A stretch of DNA of 64,000 nucleotides. It comes from a virus. Where the stretch lies: IMG/VR virus record IMGVR_UViG_3300025128_000015, positions 32,001 through 96,000 of that record; one strand, given 5' to 3'. Below the pieces are notes generated by a model, which saw only the letters and a program-made list of their open reading frames with translations, did no database searches and was not told where the DNA came from. The translations under genes were made by a program, and so were the position numbers. Positions 47,853 through 56,744 of this stretch are shown piece by piece. The stretch's first letter is position 1. Each line of letters begins with the position of its first letter.

Positions 47853-48404
47853 ATGAAAAAACGTTTACTTAACGAACAAAAAACCCGGCGCTTTATGAAG
47901 CTGGCCGGCATTAGAAATCTAAGTGAGAACTTCATCGACGAGACAGATGTTGAAGAAGGTGAAGATCTTGAAGAAGGCGAACATGCAAAAGCTGACGATA
48001 TGGAAGAAGGAAGCTATGCAAAAGCAGACGACGAAGTAGAAGAAGGAGTTCATAGCGAGCTTGACGAACAGGAAGTCGATGGCGACACTCTTGCTGACTT
48101 TTTGGACTTTATCGCAGCGAAAGTAGAAGACTACGCAGACGAAAAAGACATTGATCTTGAGGTTGATGTTGAAGAAGAGCCCGGTATGGAAGACGATGAC
48201 ATGGACATGGACCTGGAAATGGACGATGAAGAGGGCGACGAGCCCGGCGCCATGGACCTGGAAATGGACGATGAAGAGGGTGAAATGGATCTTGACGCTC
48301 CAGAAATGGAAGACGAAGAAGATGAGCCTTCCATGGAAGAAGAGCTGGTTAATGAGGTTGCGCGTCGGGTAGCTCTCAGAATACTTAGCGAAATGAAACA
48401 ATAA
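47853..48404 (+). CDS. Very acidic, scaffold-like / internal head protein candidate
   Basis: MKKRLLNEQKTRRFMKLAGI leader; repeated (L/M/V)EEG; D/E/M-rich. Confidence 0.6.
   Translation: MKKRLLNEQKTRRFMKLAGIRNLSENFIDETDVEEGEDLEEGEHAKADDMEEGSYAKADDEVEEGVHSELDEQEVDGDTLADFLDFIAAKVEDYADEKDIDLEVDVEEEPGMEDDDMDMDLEMDDEEGDEPGAMDLEMDDEEGEMDLDAPEMEDEEDEPSMEEELVNEVARRVALRILSEMKQ
48206..48280 (+). repeat. Exact 30-bp direct repeat, two copies 45 bp apart, in frame (MDLEMDDEEG)
   Basis: catggacctggaaatggacgatgaagaggg at 48206-48235 and 48251-48280. Confidence 0.9.
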
Positions 48405-48425
48405 ATAAATGGAATAAAATGACTC

Positions 48426-48453
48426 TTGACTTTTCAGAAAAACCCGCTATATT
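48426..48453 (+). promoter_or_regulatory. Sigma70-like promoter TTGACT-N16-TATATT
   Basis: Upstream of 48487; the -10 lies inside the inverted repeat at 48438-48467. Confidence 0.6.
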
Positions 48454-48468
48454 TATAGCGGGTTTTTT
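48438..48468. terminator. Perfect 14-bp inverted repeat, probable bidirectional terminator
   Basis: AAAAACCCGCTATA-TT-TATAGCGGGTTTTT. Confidence 0.8.
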
Positions 48469-48486
48469 ATTTACAGAGAGGTCATA

Positions 48487-48864
48487 ATGGAATCAGGTGG
48501 TTGGGAAGTTTTTCTATGGTATTCCCTTGGTGCAATATCATATATGTTTGTTTCTAGAATCATGAGATACGTTAATTTAGCATCTTTATATGATAGCGCT
48601 CTTACTGCTTCGTTAAATATTATCTTTATAGCAGATAAAGAGGTTAAATTTATGAACGAGTATCGATATAATAGTTTAAAAGATGCTGGGATTACTAGCG
48701 AAGAGATACAAAATTTAGAGGAAGCCAATAATCGTGCGATAGATTTGTGGCGCTTTCTCGTGATACAGAGTTTAATAACCATGACTCCCATATCGTTGCG
48801 GTCAAATTTAAAATTCAAAACCTGGGATCAGGCAGTTAAATTAATAGAAAAAAATAGGAAATAA
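48487..48864 (+). CDS. Hypothetical membrane protein
   Basis: N-terminal hydrophobic segment WEVFLWYSLGAISYMFV. Confidence 0.6.
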   Translation: MESGGWEVFLWYSLGAISYMFVSRIMRYVNLASLYDSALTASLNIIFIADKEVKFMNEYRYNSLKDAGITSEEIQNLEEANNRAIDLWRFLVIQSLITMTPISLRSNLKFKTWDQAVKLIEKNRK

Positions 48865-48865
48865 T

Positions 48866-49582
48866 ATGCTAGCAGAAGATAAAAAGCGTAAGAAGAAGAA
48901 GAAAGAAGAGAAAGAGCCTGAAGAGGTAGTCGAGCCGGATGAGCATGCGGACCAAGAAAAGGAGGATTCTGATTCTCCTATGTTGTTTGATATTAGTGCT
49001 CTTGCACCGCAGGAAAGTCCAAAGATCCGCGCCATGGGTATCTACGGAACCATAAATGAGGAAAAGTGTGCTGATGCTTTGTTTTCTCTCGTTGTGCTCA
49101 GTGAGACCGGCAAGAACGATGTGCTTGAAGATCCAAAGGACATGAACTCTAAAATAATTTCAGAGTATTTGCCAATAGATTTTTATATTTCTACGTATGG
49201 TGGTTCCGCGACTGACATGTTTGCTGTCTATGACGCAATAAGGCAAGTGAGAGAAACGTGTCCTATTCACACAGTGGGACTGGGGAAGGTAATGTCAGCC
49301 GGCGTACTTCTTTTGGCCAGCGGAACAAAGGGTGAGCGTAAAATTGGCGCCAATTGTCGTGTAATGATTCACGGTGTTATGTCCGGACAACAAGGACATC
49401 TTCATGATCTAGAAAACGAGATGGAAGAGGCAAAGTTTACTCAAAGACAATATGTTAAAGCTTTGGCCAAAGAGACAAACATGACTGAAAAGTACATCAA
49501 GAAGTTGATGGACAAAAAGATAAATGTTTATCTCGACGCAGAAGAAGCGGTTGATTTAGGTATCGCTGACATAATTATTTAA
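48866..49582 (+). CDS. clpP: ClpP-family protease subunit (copy 1)
   Basis: YISTYGGSA, GLGKVMSAGVLLLASG (catalytic Ser), RVMIHG (His), YLDAEEAVDLGIAD. Confidence 0.9.
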   Translation: MLAEDKKRKKKKKEEKEPEEVVEPDEHADQEKEDSDSPMLFDISALAPQESPKIRAMGIYGTINEEKCADALFSLVVLSETGKNDVLEDPKDMNSKIISEYLPIDFYISTYGGSATDMFAVYDAIRQVRETCPIHTVGLGKVMSAGVLLLASGTKGERKIGANCRVMIHGVMSGQQGHLHDLENEMEEAKFTQRQYVKALAKETNMTEKYIKKLMDKKINVYLDAEEAVDLGIADIII

Positions 49583-49587
49583 AAGAA

Positions 49588-50487
49588 ATGAATTGGTTTA
49601 AAATAAGATACAACAAGAGATCTGCAAAGAAATATGGATGGAAACCTTCATGGTTCGGCGCTAACGAATTTAACTCCGAATTGTTAGAAAACATCAAAGA
49701 ATTCCAAGAGTTGCATGATTTGAAAGTCGACGGGCTCTGTGGGGAAATGACATATCGCAGAGCTTACACAAACAACTTAGCTTATAGCACTGGAGTTGAT
49801 GATAGCATGAACACAATTATCAAACAACATCGCATAATCTGTAATGGTGTCTCTGTACCAGTTAGGTGGGATAAGATTGAACTAAGTTGGATAAAAGAAA
49901 GTTGCTATTCGAAAGTAAAGCGCAAACCACGCAAGCCAACTATGGTGGTAACCCACTGGGACGCTACGTTATCGGCCGCATCTTGCAAGAGAATATTAGA
50001 GAAGCGAGGAATATCTACTCATTTTGTAATAGATAACGATGGCACTATAGTACAGCTTGTCGATACGCAAGACGTCGCTTGGCATGCAGGGATCCGCCGC
50101 GTAAATAAGGCTTCGATTGGTATTGATTTCAGTAATGCAGTTTACACTAAATACAACAAAGCGTATTCTAAAAAAGGTTTCGGCCTGCGCCCTGTCATAA
50201 GTGGATGGCGAGTGCACGGCTGGCGACCGAAACCATTCCTTGGGGCGTACCCAGTGCAGGTTGATGCCTACAAGGCTCTCCTAGAGGCTCTACACAAACA
50301 CTATGGGATTCCCCTAGAGTGCCCCTTAGATGACGATGGAAGCCTCTTAACTAGGATACATAAGCCCTCCAAGAGAGCTAAGTTTAAAGGGGTAGTTAAT
50401 CATTACAACCTGTCTAAGAAGAAGTGGGATACTCTAGGACTGCAGCTAGATGAAATTCTTGAAGAAATAAGACGTAACAAGGACTAA
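49588..50487 (+). CDS. N-acetylmuramoyl-L-alanine amidase (Amidase_2) with a PG-binding domain; endolysin candidate
   Basis: FQELHDLKVDGLCG (PG_binding_1-like); VVTHWD, STHFVIDNDGTIVQLV, AWHAG, SIGIDF, VVNH. Confidence 0.85.
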   Translation: MNWFKIRYNKRSAKKYGWKPSWFGANEFNSELLENIKEFQELHDLKVDGLCGEMTYRRAYTNNLAYSTGVDDSMNTIIKQHRIICNGVSVPVRWDKIELSWIKESCYSKVKRKPRKPTMVVTHWDATLSAASCKRILEKRGISTHFVIDNDGTIVQLVDTQDVAWHAGIRRVNKASIGIDFSNAVYTKYNKAYSKKGFGLRPVISGWRVHGWRPKPFLGAYPVQVDAYKALLEALHKHYGIPLECPLDDDGSLLTRIHKPSKRAKFKGVVNHYNLSKKKWDTLGLQLDEILEEIRRNKD

Positions 50488-50490
50488 TTA
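50483..50490 (+). promoter_or_regulatory. Putative late promoter motif ACTAATTA
   Basis: Overlaps the amidase stop codon; 5 nt before ATG 50496. Confidence 0.45.
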
Positions 50491-50495
50491 TAACC

Positions 50496-51980
50496 ATGGA
50501 TAAGAAAGTAATAGATAGATTATATGAACTATACGAACCAAAAGAAAGTATAACGTTCGATTCACTTTTGAATATGATAACAGAACAGATGTCTAATATT
50601 CAATTTCTTAGAGAAGACGAAGCTAGTACCTCTGTGTTTGATCAAGAAGAAATAAACATCAGTTTGCCGACGATTCGAATTACAGAAGATTTTGGAAAGG
50701 TGGGCACCAAGGACCGTGCAATGATCGAAAAGTTCGCCAGAAATATTGCCGGCAACACTTTAGAAGAAAAGTTGGCTAACTTAAATTCTGTTTTGACAGA
50801 GAAGAAAGAAGGCGCAACAGTGGGAGAGATTCTCTCAACAATGGTGATGGCTGAAATGTTGTATGCTATCCTAACGTCGTTTACTGAATCAGCGGGTGGA
50901 TTTATTTTTGAAGGCTTTCTTGCCGGATTGTTCGGAGATAAATCTGTTCAAATCACAACCCCCGAGGACATTCCGGGCATGGACGCAAAAGGGAAGCCAA
51001 TTACTGACGTTGTACTAAATGACAAGCATTATTCCTTGAAGCTTCTCGGTCAAACGACTGGTGTAAAGGGCTCGTTCAACAACATGGTGGAGCACTTTAA
51101 AGCTGTCCCCCATGTTATTTATTTAGATGCACGCCGCATAAACAAAGATCAGGGACTTCAGTTCGGAGAGTTCACTATTACGCTAGAAGGATTCTTGGAT
51201 ATATTTGTAACTCCGTTTTTAAAAACCGTATGGAGGCAAGAAGCCGATAATTTCGAAGATGCTGCGGCCTTTCAGCAAAAGATATATGAGTTGAAAAACT
51301 CGAATGTTGGTGTAAAACGAATTGCTTTTGGAAGGAAAGGCTTTTCGGAGCAAAATCCAAATTGGGCTATATTTGACTTCTCTCCGAAGGCAGGAATGTT
51401 ACAAGAGGGCAAGATCAGCCCAGAGGCAATGTCTCAGCTGATGGATCAGATTATCGGCGCCAATCCGGAGGAGTTGCAAAACTTTGCGAACTTCGCAGTA
51501 ATTTATGCTGAGAGTAAATTTGAGGGAACAAAAGCAGAAAAGCTCTTTGGCTCATACGGACTAGTCGACGAGATTAGAGAGGCGATAAATGATAAGAATC
51601 GAGCGGAAATTCTGAGGCTATTGGAGCTAACGCCAGGATACAAAGACCCGCAGCAATTCGAATTCACCAGAGACCAAGCAGAATCTATTGGTAATTTTAG
51701 AGAGGTGGGTACCTTGATGATCGGTGAACGGTACATGAAAGCAACGTGGGCAAGCTACGCAGACTTACTAAAAGAAACTATTGGACCCGTCTATCGTCAA
51801 TTACAAGCGTTTACAGATAACGTTAATAATTACTTCTTGGGTGTGACCGAAGAAGAAGACCAACAAGGCAGATCTGTATACGCACAAGATGCAATAGATG
51901 ATGCTCAAAAATTACAAGTGGTTACAACTAACGCTGTGGACAAGCTTGAAACCACCGAGCAAACAAAACCATCCGTTTAA
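50496..51980 (+). CDS. Hypothetical protein (494 aa)
   Basis: Long open frame; FEGFLAGLFG...TDVVL...YSLK segment. Confidence 0.65.
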   Translation: MDKKVIDRLYELYEPKESITFDSLLNMITEQMSNIQFLREDEASTSVFDQEEINISLPTIRITEDFGKVGTKDRAMIEKFARNIAGNTLEEKLANLNSVLTEKKEGATVGEILSTMVMAEMLYAILTSFTESAGGFIFEGFLAGLFGDKSVQITTPEDIPGMDAKGKPITDVVLNDKHYSLKLLGQTTGVKGSFNNMVEHFKAVPHVIYLDARRINKDQGLQFGEFTITLEGFLDIFVTPFLKTVWRQEADNFEDAAAFQQKIYELKNSNVGVKRIAFGRKGFSEQNPNWAIFDFSPKAGMLQEGKISPEAMSQLMDQIIGANPEELQNFANFAVIYAESKFEGTKAEKLFGSYGLVDEIREAINDKNRAEILRLLELTPGYKDPQQFEFTRDQAESIGNFREVGTLMIGERYMKATWASYADLLKETIGPVYRQLQAFTDNVNNYFLGVTEEEDQQGRSVYAQDAIDDAQKLQVVTTNAVDKLETTEQTKPSV

Positions 51981-51997
51981 TTTATTTAACTTTTCCG

Positions 51998-52025
51998 TTG
52001 ACTTAGGTATAATGGTTACTATTGT
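51998..52025 (+). promoter_or_regulatory. Sigma70-like promoter TTGACT-N16-TATTGT (groEL)
   Basis: Intergenic, upstream of AAGGAG SD and ATG 52052. Confidence 0.55.
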
Positions 52026-52051
52026 TACGTATATAACTACAAGGAGTTACC

Positions 52052-53632
52052 ATGGTTAAGAGTTATTCGCAAGGAAAAGACTTACGCGAAAAGATTCTCC
52101 GAGGCGCCAGTGTCCTGGCTGATAACGTTGCCTCGACATTAGGTCCCAAAGGACGAAACGTTATCTTACACAAAGAAGGCGCAAGCCCAATGATCACTAA
52201 AGACGGCGTAACAGTTGCAAAGTTTGTTAAACTGGAAGATCCGTTTGAAAACTTAGGTGCTCAAATTATCAAGCAGGCTGCGTCTAATACAAATAGCACA
52301 GCCGGCGACGGTACTACGACGTCGACTGTACTAGCCCGAGAAATGCTCTCTAAGGCACAGAAGTACATCGCTGCAGGTGCTAATCCAATTGATATCAAGA
52401 GAGGCATGGACAAAGCCACAGAGGCTATTGTAACAGAGTTAGAGAGACTAGCCAAGCCAATTAAATCAGAGGAAGATGTGCGACACATTGCAACAATCTC
52501 AGCCAATGGCGACACTAGTATCGGTGAGATGATTGCCATGGCCGTTGATAAGATTGGAAAAGATGGAGCCATATCAATTGAAGAGGGTCGATCGATGAAG
52601 ACGTCTTTGGATATTGTCGAGGGCTTTAGATTTGATGCTGGATATTGTGCACAAGCTTTCGTAACAAACAAGCGAAAGCAATCCATCAACTACGATGATG
52701 TTCTATTGCTGGTTACGAACTACAAGATTGAAATGCTTGAGGAAATTTTGCCTATACTTGAAGTAGTTGCAAGAGAAGGTCGACCATTCATAATTGTATC
52801 AGAAGAGTTAGAAGGACAAGCATTAGCTGCCCTTATCATGAATACCGTCAGAGGTACAATGAAGGTTGCAGCAATCAAAGCTCCAAGATACGGACAAGAG
52901 CGCAGGAGTATTCTAGAAGACTTGTGTATTTCTACAGGCGCCACCTTTGTCAGCAGGGATTCTGGACTCAAGCTATCAGATGTAAAACTTAAACATCTGG
53001 GTAGTGCTAAAAAGATTGAAGTGCTTAAGAATCAAACAACAATTGTGGATGGAAAAGCAGATTGGTCAAAGGTTGACGAAAGAATCGAAAGCCTTAAGTC
53101 TGAGATTAAACAGACAGATGGTATAGCAGAGTGTGAAAAACTTCAAGAGCGAATCACAAGACTTTCTTCTGGTGTTGCTGTAATTCGTGTTGGTGCACCA
53201 ACTGAGATTGAGATGGTTGAAAAGAAACATCGGATTGAAGATGCTTTGGAAGCAGTTAGGTCAGCACAGTTAGAGGGCACACTCCCTGGCGGAGGGACTA
53301 GCCTTATCCGAGCAGTTCAAGACTTAGAAGTTGAGACAGGTAACGATGATCAGCGTCTTGGCGTCGAGGTTATAAGACAATCAGCTTACGGCCCATTGAA
53401 ACAAATGTCAAAGAATGCCGGAGAGTCGTATGATTTGATTCTGAACAAGTTGTTAGATAGTCCGAACACACACGGCTGGAACTTTGCTACTAATGAAGTG
53501 GTAAACATGTATGAGAATGGTATCATTGATCCTGCTAAGGTAACCAGGACAGCTTTGCAAAATGCTACTTCTGTCTCATCGACTTTGATCACAACTAATC
53601 ATGCAATCGTGGAGGCCACAATTGAGAGTTAA
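52052..53632 (+). CDS. groEL: Chaperonin GroEL
   Basis: TLGPKGRNV, ITKDGVTVAK, AGDGTTTSTV, EGFRFDAGY, AAIKAPRYG, IEDALEAVRSA..EG.LPGGG, IIDPAKVTR; no GGM tail. Confidence 0.96.
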   Translation: MVKSYSQGKDLREKILRGASVLADNVASTLGPKGRNVILHKEGASPMITKDGVTVAKFVKLEDPFENLGAQIIKQAASNTNSTAGDGTTTSTVLAREMLSKAQKYIAAGANPIDIKRGMDKATEAIVTELERLAKPIKSEEDVRHIATISANGDTSIGEMIAMAVDKIGKDGAISIEEGRSMKTSLDIVEGFRFDAGYCAQAFVTNKRKQSINYDDVLLLVTNYKIEMLEEILPILEVVAREGRPFIIVSEELEGQALAALIMNTVRGTMKVAAIKAPRYGQERRSILEDLCISTGATFVSRDSGLKLSDVKLKHLGSAKKIEVLKNQTTIVDGKADWSKVDERIESLKSEIKQTDGIAECEKLQERITRLSSGVAVIRVGAPTEIEMVEKKHRIEDALEAVRSAQLEGTLPGGGTSLIRAVQDLEVETGNDDQRLGVEVIRQSAYGPLKQMSKNAGESYDLILNKLLDSPNTHGWNFATNEVVNMYENGIIDPAKVTRTALQNATSVSSTLITTNHAIVEATIES

Positions 53633-53957
53633 GATTAGTTATTCTGTCGCGCTGGACGAGATACCTGATAAAGCTAGGCAGTTGTTATATGATGTAGAGA
53701 AGAGTCTTCTATCTTCTTCTGAATGCATTCCAGAGTTTGAAGAGAGAGACTTATACGGAGATAGATACGGTGCATTCAAAGATAAGATTGACAAGACTAG
53801 GCGAAAGCTTTTCGTCGCTGATTCTAAACTACAAGATATTGTAACAATATTAGATGACTGGAAAAGAGCATCTTTAGCATTGGAAGTGGAGAAGTTTGAG
53901 TCACCTGCCATGGCAGCAGAAGGAGCAGAGAATGTTGAAATCAGCGATCAAGGGTGA
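53622..53957 (+). CDS. Hypothetical protein (ORF track start 53601; TTG 53622 fits the GGAGG SD)
   Basis: Open frame overlapping the groEL stop codon. Confidence 0.55.
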   Translation: MRVKISYSVALDEIPDKARQLLYDVEKSLLSSSECIPEFEERDLYGDRYGAFKDKIDKTRRKLFVADSKLQDIVTILDDWKRASLALEVEKFESPAMAAEGAENVEISDQG

Positions 53958-54171
53958 CCTTGTATATATACCCTCGCAAGTAACACTTTATAGATACTTC
54001 AGCACTTCAAGAGGGATGCAGGTGAGAGACTTTTGTAAGTTAGACTCTCCAAAACTGTTCTTGGTTGTTGAGTCTGTTCGAAATGAAAGAGAGATTGGTG
54101 TGCACCACGACGGAGACACCTGGTACGTTAAGCAGGCTGATATAATTTTAGAGGAAAGGGGTGCAAAATGA
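53932..54171 (+). CDS. Small GDLV / SH3-like hypothetical protein (ORF track start 53896)
   Basis: AIKGDLVYIPSQ; AGGAG SD before ATG 53932. Confidence 0.55.
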   Translation: MLKSAIKGDLVYIPSQVTLYRYFSTSRGMQVRDFCKLDSPKLFLVVESVRNEREIGVHHDGDTWYVKQADIILEERGAK

Positions 54172-54434
54172 TAATGCTAACAGAAGTTTACAAAAAAGGA
54201 TCTAAAATGCTTAACGAAAGTGAGTTTTCTTTGAGAGAGATCTTAGTAAATCCTAATAATGTGTTGATAATAAGAGAAGATGACAAGATTGAAAGTGATT
54301 TCAAGACCGGTCGACTTCCTGCTGGGTTGGATGAGAGACAAAAATTTACTAAAATACATTTAAGTTCATTAAATAATCACTCCATAACCGTGGTGGGAGA
54401 CATGATTTCAATTTGTAAGCGACTAGTGGGGTAA
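54168..54434 (+). CDS. Hypothetical protein
   Basis: 88 aa, ATGA overlap with the previous gene. Confidence 0.6.
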   Translation: MIMLTEVYKKGSKMLNESEFSLREILVNPNNVLIIREDDKIESDFKTGRLPAGLDERQKFTKIHLSSLNNHSITVVGDMISICKRLVG

Positions 54435-54437
54435 CAC

Positions 54438-54674
54438 ATGGAAAAATATGTTCTTTTTATTATAGATGAATGTTCTTTCTGTTCAGAGGCGGTGCTTCTG
54501 TTAGAAGAAAAATCAAAAGATTATAAGATTGTCGATATTACTGATGACCTCAACGCCCGCGCCCAAATTAAGATGGCTTTCGGTTGGCCAACTTTTCCTA
54601 TTGTTTTAACAAGAAATGAAATGAAACTAAAACTTGTCGGCGGATACACGGATCTAAAAGAGGTCATCCGATAA
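54438..54674 (+). CDS. Glutaredoxin-like protein
   Basis: CSFC active site, WPTFPIV (cis-Pro), LVGGYTDL. Confidence 0.85.
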   Translation: MEKYVLFIIDECSFCSEAVLLLEEKSKDYKIVDITDDLNARAQIKMAFGWPTFPIVLTRNEMKLKLVGGYTDLKEVIR

Positions 54675-54675
54675 A

Positions 54676-55020
54676 ATGAAGCAAGATGAAACCTATTATT
54701 CAATGCCTAGAAAGAAAGTTTTAGATTATGTGACCAATGCACGCAAAGAAATTACTCTTTGTAGAGAATTAATAAGACAATATTTGAAGAACATAGGTGA
54801 AGATAGATGGTTAATAACCTCTCTATGTGATTTATATTCAGCTAACTACAAAATGTTGAGTGAACTATCTTTAATGTTAGAATACGGCTCTGATAAAGAA
54901 AATGATGTTGTATTGATGACAAAAGAGGATGTATCGATTATTGAAACCATTATTATTGCAAAACATTACTCTGCAAGAGAATTAAATATGAGAGGAAATT
55001 TGTCAATTTCATTACATTGA
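54676..55020 (+). CDS. Hypothetical protein
   Basis: 114 aa open frame in the operon. Confidence 0.55.
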   Translation: MKQDETYYSMPRKKVLDYVTNARKEITLCRELIRQYLKNIGEDRWLITSLCDLYSANYKMLSELSLMLEYGSDKENDVVLMTKEDVSIIETIIIAKHYSARELNMRGNLSISLH

Positions 55021-55179
55021 TTTGAGGTTTTAAAAATTGCAGTTAAATAAAATTTCATATTTTAACTAAATTATTGAAAATTTTAAGAAAAACTGGTACT
55101 TTATAAAAATAATTTTATATTTATTATGTGGGTGTAAAAAATTTTACACACCGTTCTTTCATTTGGGTGGAGGGGTTGA

Positions 55180-55836
55180 ATGCCTGTCTTGCGAAAAGCT
55201 AATTATATGCTTGTTTTCGGTGCGTGTAACTTGTTCGTATATTTTCTTATACAGGGTTATGTGTCGAATGAGTATAATTTTTTGACACCCTTTGATACAG
55301 CTTTTCCATTTATGCCAGAATTCGTTTGGATTTATCAGAGTCTTCTGCCGGTGATCGCCTTGACAATGGTTCTTTTGGTTAAATCCAAACGACTCTTTTT
55401 CAATACTTTTTGGTCATGTCTGGTCGCCACAGTTGTGATTCATCTCTTTTGGCTTTTGTTTCCGTCTTTCTATCCACGGCCAGAAATAGATCCAGTAACT
55501 TTGTCTGAAGCTTTTGTGCAGTTATCATATGAGATAGATAATTCATCTAATACTTTCCCATCAGGACATGTGGCCTTTTCTTGGATTATGTATTTGGGAG
55601 CGAGGAAGAGCGAATTAGCTAAAAAGACTTCTGGTTTGTCTAATTTATATCTTTTGTGGGCCCTCGGCGTGTCACTTTCAACTTTGGCGATCAAAATGCA
55701 TTATGTTATCGACGTGATCGGCGGATTAGCAATAGCTAGCTTTTGTTTCTATCTAGTAGGCTGGGCGATAAGAAGATTTAATTGGTATCCCCCCGAAGAT
55801 ACTAGTTATAGATATGAAGGCATACAAAATAACTGA
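55180..55836 (+). CDS. PAP2-superfamily membrane phosphatase / phosphotransferase (AUR1/IPC synthase-like)
   Basis: Several TM segments; YPRP, NTFPSGHVA, HYVIDVIGG (PAP2 C1-C3 motifs). Confidence 0.85.
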   Translation: MPVLRKANYMLVFGACNLFVYFLIQGYVSNEYNFLTPFDTAFPFMPEFVWIYQSLLPVIALTMVLLVKSKRLFFNTFWSCLVATVVIHLFWLLFPSFYPRPEIDPVTLSEAFVQLSYEIDNSSNTFPSGHVAFSWIMYLGARKSELAKKTSGLSNLYLLWALGVSLSTLAIKMHYVIDVIGGLAIASFCFYLVGWAIRRFNWYPPEDTSYRYEGIQNN

Positions 55837-56311
55837 TGACGAGAAGATATTAAAAACTCCGTGTAAACCCTGTCGCACAATCGAAGAGGGCGAACAAGTT
55901 GTCGCCATTTTGAAAGAGGTCTTGGGACAGAGCAAGGACGGCGTAGGACTAGCTGCGAATCAAATAGGCATACACAAAAGCGTCTGTCTGATTAACGTAA
56001 AGAAACCTATTGCCCTAATCAATCCTAAAATAGTTGCTAAGTTTGACAAATTCACGTACAAAGAGGGTTGTCTATCCTATCCGGGTGATTATGTTTTAAC
56101 TGAGAGGTTTAAAAATATTGTGGTGAAGGCAGATAATCATAAAAACTTGTTGAAATTTTCTTGCAACACACCCGAGGATACACTGGAGTGTGCTTGTATA
56201 CAGCACGAGATTGACCACCTAAACGGCATCACTATGCACGACCGAACCCCAACTCTGGCTATGCCAAAAGCAGCAGACTTGTTGATAAAGGGAATTAAAG
56301 ATGGCAAATAA
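55814..56311 (+). CDS. def: Peptide deformylase
   Basis: GVGLAANQIG, EGCLS, QHEIDHLNG. Confidence 0.95.
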   Translation: MKAYKITDDEKILKTPCKPCRTIEEGEQVVAILKEVLGQSKDGVGLAANQIGIHKSVCLINVKKPIALINPKIVAKFDKFTYKEGCLSYPGDYVLTERFKNIVVKADNHKNLLKFSCNTPEDTLECACIQHEIDHLNGITMHDRTPTLAMPKAADLLIKGIKDGK

Positions 56312-56480
56312 CTACATCGAGGACAAAGATGATGAGTATGAGTACGCATATTTGAGAGTTTCTTTGCAATCTCAAGACGAGGAATACGCCCTCTATAAGA
56401 GGTGGGTCCAGAGCCAGATTGAAATAGAAAACGATGCAGAGCCAGAAGAAGAGGGAGTGATTATTATTGATATGGCATAG
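56301..56480 (+). CDS. Small acidic hypothetical protein (59 aa; not in the ORF track)
   Basis: MANNYIEDKDDEYEY...VIIIDMA read directly from the sequence. Confidence 0.5.
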   Translation: MANNYIEDKDDEYEYAYLRVSLQSQDEEYALYKRWVQSQIEIENDAEPEEEGVIIIDMA

Positions 56481-56488
56481 TTACTTAT

Positions 56489-56734
56489 ATGAAGCAAATC
56501 ACCATAGTCGTTTCTAGATTAAGATTGGTTGTGGTTTGTTTGCTGTTAGGTTTTATAATTCTAGTTAGCCTTTTTACTCCAAAAAACGAAGAGTCAGAAA
56601 AGATGATAGTTGAATATAATGACACCGACACCTGCGAAATTCTATTGTGGAATGATGACAGACTTGTCGCACGCCTATACTCTAATGATTACAAAGACTG
56701 TAAGTTTTATTTAATAAAAAACTCGTCCCATTAG
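56489..56734 (+). CDS. Small membrane-anchored hypothetical protein
   Basis: Hydrophobic LVVVCLLLGFIILVSLF segment. Confidence 0.5.
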   Translation: MKQITIVVSRLRLVVVCLLLGFIILVSLFTPKNEESEKMIVEYNDTDTCEILLWNDDRLVARLYSNDYKDCKFYLIKNSSH

Positions 56735-56744
56735 GATTACTGCT

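Noticed and set aside
3551-48280. Direct repeats at 3551-3658 and 48206-48280 as CRISPR arrays
   Set aside because: Only 2-3 copies, in frame within acidic proteins, no unique spacers of regular length, and no cas genes
51980-52051. CIRCE (HrcA) heat-shock operator upstream of groEL or groES
   Set aside because: No TTAGCACTC-N9-GAGTGCTAA-like inverted repeat is present
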